In this document: one piece after another, positions 49,626 through 59,177 of the stretch
Numbering within the stretch: the first letter of the stretch is position 1
How the letters are laid out: each line of letters opens with the position of its first letter
IMG/VR virus record: IMGVR_UViG_3300009152_000029
DNA: 64,000 nucleotides
Direction: 5' to 3' (one strand)
From: an uncultured virus (IMG/VR IMGVR_UViG_3300009152_000029)
Taxonomy: Duplodnaviria > Heunggongvirae > Uroviricota > Caudoviricetes
The notes under the pieces: model-generated
What the model was told of the DNA's origin: nothing
Seen by the model: only the letters and a program-made list of their open reading frames with translations
Database searches by the model: none
Made by a program: the position numbers and the translations under genes

Positions 49626-50186
49626 ATGTCCGAAGAGAATACCCCAACCTTAATACTTGATAATGACGTGCCTAAGGGAGAAAAGAAATTTACTTACTTC
49701 ATTACAGAACGTCACGGTTATGTTCAAACTACATTGCCCTATCTGCGTAAACTAAAGATTTCAAAACTCATCAGCAAGTTTTCCCGTAGAGACCGCAATA
49801 AAGTATTCATTGAAGAAGACGGTGATTTGAGACTATTCTTAAAGCGACATAGAGTAGACGGCATCAATGTTATATTAGAAGAAGATTTCTCATTACCACA
49901 ATATCGTTTTGATAATATGATAAATCACGACGATTACTCTTGGACTGGCGAACAATTTGATGGATTCAAAAGCGATTGGACATTATCCTTCCAATGCATC
50001 TTCTCAAAAACAGACAGCATCAAACACGTTAGAGATGGTATCTTTGAGACTAAAGATGGCAAACAAATCAAGATATATCCTACAGTGTATGTTGACGGAA
50101 AACCACTCAAGGCACATCAGGCAAAGAAACTAGGCTTTGAGCCCATCGCTATTGATACGAAAGACTTGGAAGAATACAATGACTGA
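49626..50186 (+). CDS. hypothetical protein
   Basis: TTGCAC..TGnTATAAT promoter immediately upstream. Confidence 0.6.
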   Translation: MSEENTPTLILDNDVPKGEKKFTYFITERHGYVQTTLPYLRKLKISKLISKFSRRDRNKVFIEEDGDLRLFLKRHRVDGINVILEEDFSLPQYRFDNMINHDDYSWTGEQFDGFKSDWTLSFQCIFSKTDSIKHVRDGIFETKDGKQIKIYPTVYVDGKPLKAHQAKKLGFEPIAIDTKDLEEYND

Positions 50187-50478
50187 AACACAAACTATCC
50201 GGGAATATATTGAAACACTTGATGGAGCAATTACATACGATGGTTGTGATTCAGCTCTCGTCGGTACTGCTAAAGTAATTAGAGAAGAACAATGGGTGGA
50301 AATTGCAATCTACTCATATGAAAGACTTGTTGAACATTTTAAAAACGAATATCTCTCTGACTCTGAAAATCCAATCTCTGAAGACGAAGCAGAAGAGGAC
50401 GCTTTCGAATGGGTAGATTTTAATATTGCAGGTGGATATCTTGGAATTAGAACTCCTATGATAATCTCCACCGAATAA
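50137..50478 (+). CDS. hypothetical phage protein (likely start MTETQ)
   Basis: DGCDSALVG...AIYSYE...EWVDFNIAGGYLG..TP motif common in phages. Confidence 0.65.
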   Translation: MSPSLLIRKTWKNTMTETQTIREYIETLDGAITYDGCDSALVGTAKVIREEQWVEIAIYSYERLVEHFKNEYLSDSENPISEDEAEEDAFEWVDFNIAGGYLGIRTPMIISTE

Positions 50479-50492
50479 TGTAAAAAAAATAT

Positions 50493-51149
50493 ATGGACAT
50501 TTTCTTTCACGTATATTTAAAATCTGGATATTCTCGTATCCTTATTGATAAATTTAAAAAGTTCAAATCTTCTGGCCTCTATGATAGTGCTAATAAGATT
50601 TATCTTACATTATATGGAGACATTGAATTTAACTCTGAATTCTTAAATGAATTAAAAGATATGTATTCAAAAATAGAATACGGAATTGTCTCTAATGCTG
50701 TTTTTAATAATGAACCTGATACTCTCAACTTAATGTTAAAAAAAGCAAATGAATATGAATCTAATACTCCTATGCTCTATCTGCACACTAAAGGTTTATC
50801 TTACACAAACCCTGATGTAAAAAAGAATGTAGAGGCCTGGGTTAGATATTTAGATTTATATGTAATTAATAAATGGAAAGAATGCGTAGAGTCTTTAAAA
50901 GATAATGATTCAGCTGGCGGATTTTACGTGGAAGAACCAAAACACTTCCAAGGAAATTTCTGGTGGGCTAATTCAGATTACATAAAGAATCTTCCAAAAC
51001 TTACACCAGATAATATTGAAAATTATAATAGGGGAGAATTTTGGATTCTTTCACAGACAGATAAAGTATATCCGCTATCAGGTGTTACTCCCGTCAATAT
51101 GTATCAAAACTATTATTGCAAAGTAGAAGACTTTCCAGATGGATGGTAA
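50493..51149 (+). CDS. putative glycosyltransferase-like protein
   Basis: LYLHTKG and HFQGNFWWANSDYIKNL motifs. Confidence 0.55.
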   Translation: MDIFFHVYLKSGYSRILIDKFKKFKSSGLYDSANKIYLTLYGDIEFNSEFLNELKDMYSKIEYGIVSNAVFNNEPDTLNLMLKKANEYESNTPMLYLHTKGLSYTNPDVKKNVEAWVRYLDLYVINKWKECVESLKDNDSAGGFYVEEPKHFQGNFWWANSDYIKNLPKLTPDNIENYNRGEFWILSQTDKVYPLSGVTPVNMYQNYYCKVEDFPDGW

Positions 51150-51163
51150 ATTTAAAATATAAG

Positions 51164-51203
51164 AACTTTCTTAAGCCGGGGATTTCCCCGGCTTAAGAAA
51201 GTT
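51164..51203. repeat. perfect 19-bp inverted repeat
   Basis: AACTTTCTTAAGCCGGGGA-tt-TCCCCGGCTTAAGAAAGTT. Confidence 0.9.
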
Positions 51204-51346
51204 GTCAAGTTTTTTATTTTCTTGACAAAAACAAGCTTTTGTGATAGTCCTGGCATTCAAAAATATATTTAAAATACTTGTGGCAACTAGTATACACAGA
51301 TGGTAATATTCAGTATCACATTGTTTGATAAGGAAGCCAACCCGTT

Positions 51347-52663
51347 ATGTCGAATACACCTAAATCGTTCCTTGAACTGGACGATGCACCAGTCAAGGTC
51401 ACACCAAACACCTCTGTTTTCACCAATGCCCAGTCCCTTCAACCCCGTGAAGGTGCTGTAGCCAAGCAAGATGCTAGTGGTAATTGGGTGAATGCCATTG
51501 GGCTTCAGTCCTCTGCATCACACCGCCACGTTGCCAAGCAATGGCAGGCTAAATGTACACCGCTTGCCGATTTCATCGAAACAATTAAGTCACAATCGAC
51601 CAACAAGGTAGATGTAATCAAGCCAGAATCAGAAATTCGCCTCAAGGATGTTGAAACCTTGATTGACGGTACACCTCTTACCGATTCAGGTATCAATTCC
51701 TTACGTATGTTCACAGACATTCCATCGTCAATGGTTAACTTTCTCAAGGAAAGGGAATACAACGATGACTTGGTCAAGTTTGTCAATGCAGACTTAGACC
51801 GCCGTGAAACTGACTGGAATAACAAGGGTAAGGAAAAGCGTTCCTTTAATGTCCGCATCCGTCACGATGATGATGGTAACGATGTTATCCGGGCTATTGT
51901 ATCAGAACGATACGGCGTGATTGACAATCACGAAGCAATGGAAATGGTAGCCAATGCTCTGCCATCTTTGAATGATGCTCTTGCTTCACACCTCTTCAAT
52001 GATGGTGATGATATCTATGGGAACATCCTCTTGCCAGACTATATGAAGAGTGAACCAGACTCTGACTATGGCGTGGGCATTGCATTCAAGAACAGTGAGA
52101 TTCGTAATTCAACATTCAAGATTTCGCCTTTCCTGTTTAGAGCAATCTGCCTCAATGGTATGATATGGGGACGTATGAATTCAGAAATCAACGTCAACCA
52201 ACGCCATATGGGTAAGATTGACCTTGGAGACCTTCAATTGCAAGTTACCCAAGCAATCAAGGTTGCATTGACACAAGGCAATGATATGTTGACCTTGTTA
52301 GGATATGCAAAGCAAGTCAAGGTTAAGAACCCTGTTGCTGTAATTGCTCAGTTGGCTAGGGATGAAAAGATGACCATCGAACAGGGTAAACTCTGGCACA
52401 AGGGCTACTTGGATTCCTTGCACGAACGCCACGGCGATGTTCACGAAAAGTCTGCCTTTGGTATCATCAATGGCTTGACCCGCTCTGCCCAAGATTACAC
52501 CGGGGCAACCCGTGAAGAGATGGAAACCTTAGCAAGCAAGATACTTGCACCATCCATTGATTCTTCATTGGAAGAGATTTCCAAGCGATGGGGTCTAATT
52601 GACGCTAGAGCAAACCAAATGGAAGAAAAGGTCTCACGACAATACCAGTTTGTGGGCGTTTAG
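51347..52663 (+). CDS. DUF932-family protein
   Basis: RAIVSERYGVIDN, GIAFKNSE, FLFRAICLNGMI, RHMG. Confidence 0.75.
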   Translation: MSNTPKSFLELDDAPVKVTPNTSVFTNAQSLQPREGAVAKQDASGNWVNAIGLQSSASHRHVAKQWQAKCTPLADFIETIKSQSTNKVDVIKPESEIRLKDVETLIDGTPLTDSGINSLRMFTDIPSSMVNFLKEREYNDDLVKFVNADLDRRETDWNNKGKEKRSFNVRIRHDDDGNDVIRAIVSERYGVIDNHEAMEMVANALPSLNDALASHLFNDGDDIYGNILLPDYMKSEPDSDYGVGIAFKNSEIRNSTFKISPFLFRAICLNGMIWGRMNSEINVNQRHMGKIDLGDLQLQVTQAIKVALTQGNDMLTLLGYAKQVKVKNPVAVIAQLARDEKMTIEQGKLWHKGYLDSLHERHGDVHEKSAFGIINGLTRSAQDYTGATREEMETLASKILAPSIDSSLEEISKRWGLIDARANQMEEKVSRQYQFVGV

Positions 52664-52767
52664 CCCACAAATCTTCCAATAAGGACGTTATAATTGCACT
52701 AAATGCTCTTATAGCGTCCTTATTTGTGCTTAAATGCAGCTAAAAAAATAATTTGACATTCTATGAC

Positions 52768-52789
52768 AGGTCTGGTAGACACCAGACCT
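52768..52789. repeat. 22-bp palindrome family member
   Basis: AGGTCTGGT-agac-ACCAGACCT. Confidence 0.8.
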
Positions 52790-52876
52790 AAAAAAATTTG
52801 TCAATTTTTTTTATTTCAAATATAGTACTTGCACACCATATACACAGATGGTAATATTCTAGTGAGGAAACCTATT

Positions 52877-54985
52877 ATGAAAATCGCTGAATCGACAATT
52901 CAAGTCCAGTCATCTGGCATCCAGTCCGAAGCATTCTTTACTGTCAAGCAGTCTAACATTGGTCATATCTTTGGCATTCTCCGCAACCAGTTGTATAGCA
53001 ACAAGCCTCTTGCCATCATTCGTGAATACTGCACAAATGCATTTGACGCACACATTGATGCAGGTATTCCAAGCCGACCGATTGAGGTATCATTCCCAAC
53101 AGCATTCAAGAATTCTTTGACTATCCGTGATTTTGGCAAGGGTCTGTCAGAGTCTGAAGTTTACAATATCTTTGTTTCGTATGGCGAATCAACCAAACGT
53201 GGAACAAATGAGCAGGTTGGAATGTTGGGTCTTGGTAGCAAGTCTGCATTCTGTTATGTAAACGATTTCACCATCACGTCATATCACAATGGTGTAAAGT
53301 CAGTTTACCTCGCATATATTGATGAAACCAACATCGGTAAGATTTCCAAGATATCTGAGGAAGCAACATCTGAAACTGGATTGGCAATTGATATCGTTGT
53401 TAAGACAATCGACCTGTCCCAATTCCGTGAGGTAGCAGGTTCGTTCCTTGCAGAATTCAACCCACAGCCAATAGTTAAGAATGATGACCGGGTTGTAAAT
53501 TTGTTGCAACGTCAGGTCGAAAAATCTTTCGTTGTCAGTACTGAAGACTATGCTATTCACACTTGGGGATTCAATCAAAAGTCTTGTGTCAGAATGGGGA
53601 ATGTTAACTATCCATTTCACATTGATGATTTGGGTTTGACGAGTGATGAATTCAAGACTGTAGAGTGCTTCCGCAATCTAAAGGTTAAGCTCTATGCCCC
53701 GATAGGTAGTGTTGTTCCATCTGCCTCCCGTGAATCTTTGGAAATGAATACAAAGACCAAACAATATATCTTTGAGGCACTGAAAGGAATTCATTCCACA
53801 GTCAAGGGTCAAATTGATGAGAGACTATCTGAATGCAAGAGTTTCTATCAATTTGCTCTTGAATTTGAAAACACTAATCAGATAAGAGATGTTTTTAATC
53901 TCATTTCAATCTATGGTGGCAAAGCATATAGAACAAATTCCAATATGCTTCTTTACAGGAAAGATTACCCTGCCATTAAGGAGATAGAAGAAATCCGAAA
54001 TGATGCACGTTCGTCATTCAAAAATTCATCATCTCTGAACATAGTAGAGGGACAAACCTTATTTGCCTACTATGGCAATGTCCCTCAAAATTCGATTCGC
54101 CAGAGAATTATGAATTCTGGTTATTCAAAGTTGTCGGGATTCCTTTTGCGTTTTGCGTCAAAGGCTGATTGCGATTCAATTGTTAACCACCCAGAATGGC
54201 AGGGTGCAAATTTTGTCGATGTATCAACATTGCAATACAGCAAGGTCACAGGCAAATCTGCTGGGTCGTTTGCCACAAGCGAAGTCTACAGTTATTGTCC
54301 CCATCAAAGCACCTTGCGAAACACTTGGAAATCGACCACGCTTTCTCTCCAACAATCCGAAGGAATCTATGTTGAGATTAAGCGATTCCTCCCTGTAGCC
54401 AAACACCCTAATGGTACAAATATTAAGACAATGGAAGCATTCAAAGAATTGCTGTCCAATGCTCATACATTAGGAATCAGATGTGACAACATTTACGGTG
54501 TCAAGTATTGCGACATTGAAAAATTGGGTTCTGGATGGATTGAGATAACTGATTACATCCAGCAGTCGCTTTACAATCAAACCGATGAAGAAATTATGAA
54601 ATTCAATCAGTATCTGATATCGCTTGATGTGTCTGATGAATGGCAATATGCCTTCAGAAAAAATATGGTAGACACTGACAGAGACTTAACCCGTCTAAAG
54701 GAAATCATATCAGAGTATTACAGTTCTGGTTTGTCCATTTCAAACCAAGGTGAAAGAGTTTCATTCCTTAAGAAGCAAGGTTATGGTTTGTATCTTGACA
54801 TTTACAATGAATGCATAGAATTAGTAGATAAAACCCTAATTAAATACCCAATTTTGCGTAATTTGTTCGGATATTCACAAAAATCATCACATTATAGTGA
54901 ATCTCCGACCGAAAAGTACTGGTATATTGTCAATGAGTACCTTAAGTCGCAAGATTATCTGAAAAGTGAGGGCTTATTGGACTAA
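52877..54985 (+). CDS. rIIA: rIIA-like protein (GHKL ATPase N-terminus)
   Basis: LYSNKPLAIIREYCTNAFDAH, IRDFGKG, YGESTKR, GMLGLGSKS, ASRESL; adjacent to rIIB; GAGG RBS before ATG 52877. Confidence 0.85.
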   Translation: MKIAESTIQVQSSGIQSEAFFTVKQSNIGHIFGILRNQLYSNKPLAIIREYCTNAFDAHIDAGIPSRPIEVSFPTAFKNSLTIRDFGKGLSESEVYNIFVSYGESTKRGTNEQVGMLGLGSKSAFCYVNDFTITSYHNGVKSVYLAYIDETNIGKISKISEEATSETGLAIDIVVKTIDLSQFREVAGSFLAEFNPQPIVKNDDRVVNLLQRQVEKSFVVSTEDYAIHTWGFNQKSCVRMGNVNYPFHIDDLGLTSDEFKTVECFRNLKVKLYAPIGSVVPSASRESLEMNTKTKQYIFEALKGIHSTVKGQIDERLSECKSFYQFALEFENTNQIRDVFNLISIYGGKAYRTNSNMLLYRKDYPAIKEIEEIRNDARSSFKNSSSLNIVEGQTLFAYYGNVPQNSIRQRIMNSGYSKLSGFLLRFASKADCDSIVNHPEWQGANFVDVSTLQYSKVTGKSAGSFATSEVYSYCPHQSTLRNTWKSTTLSLQQSEGIYVEIKRFLPVAKHPNGTNIKTMEAFKELLSNAHTLGIRCDNIYGVKYCDIEKLGSGWIEITDYIQQSLYNQTDEEIMKFNQYLISLDVSDEWQYAFRKNMVDTDRDLTRLKEIISEYYSSGLSISNQGERVSFLKKQGYGLYLDIYNECIELVDKTLIKYPILRNLFGYSQKSSHYSESPTEKYWYIVNEYLKSQDYLKSEGLLD

Positions 54986-55060
54986 TAGGTTTCCTCAAAA
55001 CAAATAGTCCAATAGGAAAAGGAGGCTTTCGAGCCTCCTTTTTTTTTGATAGAATTTCGA

Positions 55061-55082
55061 AGGGATGGTAATTACCATCCCT
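55061..55082. repeat. 22-bp palindrome family member
   Basis: AGGGATGGT-aatt-ACCATCCCT. Confidence 0.8.
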
Positions 55083-55209
55083 AAAAAATATATGCAAGAA
55101 AATATTTTTTTCGAGCTTGCACTATTTATTTTTCGAGTTTGGCTTGCAGATGATTGTAGATATGGTAAACTGGTATATCGTTCCAGTTATAAAGGTAAAA
55201 AGAAACACT

Positions 55210-56355
55210 ATGACCGTTACAGCCCGTATTGTAAATCCTGACCCTCAATCAGGTTTCATTACTGTAGTATTGGATGGCAAGTCCCATTCAATCAACGCAG
55301 GAAACAAATTGTTCACGAATGCTTTAGAAGCATATAAGGTAAATGACTGGGATGCATTCATCTCTTTTGTCAATCCAGAATTGCGCCTTAAGAGCCTCTA
55401 TGCCAAGTATGAGGGCATTGAAGTTAAGGATGGCAACCTCTACGTCTTTGATGAGCCAGTTCACTCCACTCTTGCAACCCGTGTGCTTTCGTTCCTTGAG
55501 GCAGGGTTGGATTGTGTACACCTCTTCAAGTTTATCTTGAAGTTAAACCTCAATCCATCAAAACGTGCAGTCGATGAATTGTACACCTTCCTTGAGCATC
55601 GTGCATTGCCTATCACAGATAATGGCAATTTCTGTGCTTACAAAGCAGTCCGTGAAGATTACACCGACAAGCACTCTGGCAAGTTCCTCAACACTGTAGA
55701 TGCAGTTCTTGAGATGCCACGCAACAAGGTGGACGATGATAAGAATATTGGATGTTCATATGGCTTTCACGCTGGAACCATTGAATATGCAAAGCAATTT
55801 TCAGGTGGGTATGGTCACATTATGTTGGTGGAAATCAATCCATCTGACGTTGTATCCATTCCAACCGACTGTGAATTCCAGAAACTCCGCACCTGTAAGT
55901 ATAAGGTAGTTGGGGAGTATGAAATCGACCTCACTGACCCATTGTATGCTTCACGCTTCCAGACTGACCAAGATGATGATGTTGATATCTGGAACGATGA
56001 TGATGAAGAAGACCTCTGCTCTGGTTGCGATTCAGAATACAATTCTTGGTGTTGTGAGTGTGAACAGTGCGGAAACTGTTGCGACTGTGAGAATGAGGAT
56101 GAGGAATCTAAGACTGAAATCCAATTGACTCTTCCTCTTGACAACAAGATTCAGAGTGTAGATTGGACGAAGCAAACGGTCAATCTTATCCAATTGGTTG
56201 GTCATCTGTTCTCATCTCGTCGTCCGGCTTTGGCTATGTCAATCAGACGTGAGTTTGATTTCTATGATGACCAGACCCGGATTGCCTTTGAGACACTCCT
56301 TCATCATACTACCCAAGATGATGTCAAGCGCATCTACAACGAACTGAACCCATAG
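55210..56355 (+). CDS. rIIB: rIIB-like protein with Cys-rich acidic C-terminal extension
   Basis: NPSKRAVDELYTFLEH..LPITD.G...YKAVR.DYTD, EMPRNKVDDD...CSYGFH, VEINPSDVVSIP.D...KLRTCKYKVV. Confidence 0.88.
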   Translation: MTVTARIVNPDPQSGFITVVLDGKSHSINAGNKLFTNALEAYKVNDWDAFISFVNPELRLKSLYAKYEGIEVKDGNLYVFDEPVHSTLATRVLSFLEAGLDCVHLFKFILKLNLNPSKRAVDELYTFLEHRALPITDNGNFCAYKAVREDYTDKHSGKFLNTVDAVLEMPRNKVDDDKNIGCSYGFHAGTIEYAKQFSGGYGHIMLVEINPSDVVSIPTDCEFQKLRTCKYKVVGEYEIDLTDPLYASRFQTDQDDDVDIWNDDDEEDLCSGCDSEYNSWCCECEQCGNCCDCENEDEESKTEIQLTLPLDNKIQSVDWTKQTVNLIQLVGHLFSSRRPALAMSIRREFDFYDDQTRIAFETLLHHTTQDDVKRIYNELNP

Positions 56356-56419
56356 TTTCGGTTTTGTCAAGAAAATCCCCCGAAGAAATTTGGGGGATAT
56401 TTTTTTGTCATTTTATTGG

Positions 56420-56441
56420 AGGAATGGTCTTTACCATTCCT
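56420..56441. repeat. 22-bp palindrome family member
   Basis: AGGAATGGT-cttt-ACCATTCCT. Confidence 0.8.
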
Positions 56442-56517
56442 AAAAAAACTTATCAGAAATATTTTTAAACAGGATTAGAGGTAGAGAAAAAAGAAAATCC
56501 ATATAGAGGAAAAACTT

Positions 56518-57267
56518 ATGCCGTATGTTTATCAAGCTGGTGTGTTTACAAGTATTGCAATTAATTTGGGATTAGCTGATAAGCAATTTCAAGATGAATT
56601 GTTGCTTTTAGCTGGGACTGCTGCTTCATATACCAAGACAACTCGTGACTTAATTATTGATTCTTGGGATAATAGCAGCACTGACGCAAATACTGATTCT
56701 ACATTAACACTTTCACAAGCTTTAAGAAGTGCTGAAATTTCTTTGCCATCAACCATTGATCCTGTATATTCTGGGACTTTAGGAGCTTTGAATTCATATT
56801 TCAATGCTGTAGTCGGAGAATCATTCAGAGATTACTTTAATTCAAAAACAACTAGTAGAACAGTAAATTTCGTACAAACTACACCAACATCAACTGGCAC
56901 TGGCTTATCAAGCTTTAGAGACATATATAGAAGAACTTACAATAACGAATTGATTTACAAGCTGCACGAGAGAAATACTGCTGGAACATTTTCAGGAACA
57001 TCAGGTACATATGATAATGCTGGTGCTCTTTTAGAAGTAAGAAAATACGGGGCAGCAAATAGTACTGGAACAATTAGCTTAAGTTGTGTTAGAGCAAATG
57101 ATGGCGGAAGTGATGCTATTGTTTTATCATACACTGCTGGTATTCTTGTCACATACACAAATGCTGCAAAATTAACAACACTTGACAGACGATACTTATA
57201 TGTTTCAGGTGTTGCTATAACTGGAATGTCTGGTTCTGGAGCCAGTTTCGAGGTTTGGACTAGATAA
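56518..57267 (+). CDS. putative virion structural protein
   Basis: T/S/G/A-rich; AGG-N18-AGAAA promoter at 56471-56496. Confidence 0.55.
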   Translation: MPYVYQAGVFTSIAINLGLADKQFQDELLLLAGTAASYTKTTRDLIIDSWDNSSTDANTDSTLTLSQALRSAEISLPSTIDPVYSGTLGALNSYFNAVVGESFRDYFNSKTTSRTVNFVQTTPTSTGTGLSSFRDIYRRTYNNELIYKLHERNTAGTFSGTSGTYDNAGALLEVRKYGAANSTGTISLSCVRANDGGSDAIVLSYTAGILVTYTNAAKLTTLDRRYLYVSGVAITGMSGSGASFEVWTR

Positions 57268-57287
57268 AATATTTAGTATATTTTAAA

Positions 57288-57309
57288 AGGGATGGTGAAT
57301 ACCATCCCT
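57288..57309. repeat. 22-bp palindrome family member (doubles as terminator)
   Basis: AGGGATGGT-gaat-ACCATCCCT followed by a T-run. Confidence 0.8.
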
Positions 57310-57387
57310 TTATTTTTTTGTCAAAGAAAAATAAATGTATAGATAGTTCTTGAATCGGCTAACCCTAATGGTATAATATTAGCGTAT

Positions 57388-57468
57388 CCTCCGGTGGTGG
57401 AACGGTATACACGACGGACTTAAAATCCGTTGGCGCAAGCCTTACGAGTTCGAATCTCGTCTGGAGGA
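57388..57468 (+). tRNA. tRNA-Leu(UAA)
   Basis: CCTCCGG/CTGGAGG acceptor, ACGGA-CTTAAAA-TCCGT anticodon arm, long variable arm, TTCGAAT T-loop; CCA not encoded. Confidence 0.9.
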
Positions 57469-57472
57469 TTTT

Positions 57473-57589
57473 GAGAGAGGTTAGACAAAAGAGTAATCTG
57501 AGTCTTGTCGTGAAAGAAATTTTTAATGTGAAGTGGGAATTGTGCTCTGGATAACTAGTCTCCATCACAGGCAACACATAACCTCTTTC
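57473..57589 (+). ncRNA. unidentified structured RNA between tRNAs
   Basis: Ends pair over 11 bp (GAGAGAGGTTA/TAACCTCTTTC) enclosing two stem-loops. Confidence 0.4.
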
Positions 57590-57598
57590 TTTTAGTTT

Positions 57599-57670
57599 GG
57601 TTCCATAGCTTAACGGTAAAGCAGAATCCTTTTAAGATTTTGAGTGCAGATTCGACTTCTGCTGGAGCCA
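57599..57670 (+). tRNA. tRNA-Lys(UUU)
   Basis: GGTTCCA/TGGAGCC acceptor, GAATC-CTTTTAA-GATTT, GCAGA-TTCGACT-TCTGC. Confidence 0.88.
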
Positions 57671-57770
57671 CTTTTCACTTGTCTTATCTCCACAAGTGAA
57701 ACCAATCCCCTTCTCCGACAAGAAGGGGATTTCCTATTGCAGTACATACAACATATGATATAATACAGGT

Positions 57771-58265
57771 ATGGAAAACACTATTATTACCCCAACCTAC
57801 GAAGTCAATGTTAAGTTTAGTTGGAAATATCCCGGTAAGCCAATTATAAATGTTGAAAAGCAAGGGTATATCCAAACAACCAATACCGAAGATAAATTGA
57901 TTGCTGAAGAATATATTAATTCATTTATTGGCAATTATGAGGTTGGTATTTGTGAAGTGACAGAGATGAATATTCTTTCTCTTAGGAGAGTATTTACCTA
58001 TGATGAATGGGTTGAGAAATACAAACCATTAAAGAATCAATTCGAGGAAACTAGTTTCGAGGGATGTTCTTTCGATTACTCTGAAGATGACCAATGGGAA
58101 TTTGTAAAGAAGCAGAATCCAGAAAACATTTGGACAATGGTTGATTCTGATGATTGCTTTGTTGTAATCTCTGGATGCCATTGGGTAAATCGAGAAAGTT
58201 ATTTTGTCACTGAAAAGCCTGTCCAAAAAGAAGACTTGTCAACTGAATTTCTTGTGATAGAATAG
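57771..58265 (+). CDS. hypothetical phage protein
   Basis: IWTMVDSD...ISGCHWVNRESYFVTEKP motif; TGnTATAAT promoter. Confidence 0.65.
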   Translation: MENTIITPTYEVNVKFSWKYPGKPIINVEKQGYIQTTNTEDKLIAEEYINSFIGNYEVGICEVTEMNILSLRRVFTYDEWVEKYKPLKNQFEETSFEGCSFDYSEDDQWEFVKKQNPENIWTMVDSDDCFVVISGCHWVNRESYFVTEKPVQKEDLSTEFLVIE

Positions 58266-58348
58266 AGTACACAGAATCCGCTCATAATTCTGTGTTCTAT
58301 CCCTCTTCTTCGCTCATAGGAAGAGGGATTTTTTTGCAATTATTCTTA

Positions 58349-58370
58349 AGGAATGGTAAATACCATTCCT
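58349..58370. repeat. 22-bp palindrome family member
   Basis: AGGAATGGT-aaat-ACCATTCCT. Confidence 0.8.
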
Positions 58371-58445
58371 AAAAATATTGATCAAATAATTTTTTAAACT
58401 TGCATACCCTAAAGATATATCGTATTATGAATAAGAGGAAGCCAA

Positions 58446-59177
58446 ATGTCTATCGTTTTAAATAATGAATCTTGTCTTGATTTTTTGCCTCGTGTTGCAG
58501 ATAAATCAGTAAATCTTGTTTTGATTGACCCACCATATACAATTTCACGAGCAACAGGATTCGAGAGTTGTGGAGAGAAGGGTGTTGAAAGATTTAAGAT
58601 GTCCTATGAATTTGGAGAGTGGGATAATGAAATCTTTGTTCTTGATAAGGTTATGGAAGAATCTTATCGTATCCTCAAGCCAGGTGGAACATTAATTTGT
58701 TTCTATGACTTGTGGAAAATCGAGACTCTTAAGAATTGGATTGAGAGTGCCAAGTTTAAGCAACTCCGGTTTATTGAATGGGTAAAGACAAATCCTGTTC
58801 CTATCAATTCGAAGATTAATTATCTCACCAATTCAAGAGAGATAGCCCTTACTGCTATCAAAGGAAGTAAACCAACATTTCATTCTCAATATGATAAGGG
58901 AATTTATGAGTTTGCAATCTGTCATGAGAGAGACCGTTTCCATCCTACTCAAAAGCCTCTCAATTTACTGCAAGCTTTAATTACCAAACACTCCAATGAA
59001 GGCGATACTGTTTTGGATTGTTTTGCTGGCTCTGCTTCTTGTGCAGTGGCTTGCTATAACACTGGACGAAACTTTATGGGTTGTGAATTGGATGAAACTT
59101 ATTACACAAAAGCAACAGAGAGAATCGCTAAATTAAATGACAAAAGTACAAATGTTTCTTCAAGCGTCACAACCTGA
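58446..59177 (+). CDS. N6-adenine/N4-cytosine DNA methyltransferase (beta class)
   Basis: LIDPPY precedes HPTQKP and VLDCFAGS. Confidence 0.9.
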   Translation: MSIVLNNESCLDFLPRVADKSVNLVLIDPPYTISRATGFESCGEKGVERFKMSYEFGEWDNEIFVLDKVMEESYRILKPGGTLICFYDLWKIETLKNWIESAKFKQLRFIEWVKTNPVPINSKINYLTNSREIALTAIKGSKPTFHSQYDKGIYEFAICHERDRFHPTQKPLNLLQALITKHSNEGDTVLDCFAGSASCAVACYNTGRNFMGCELDETYYTKATERIAKLNDKSTNVSSSVTT

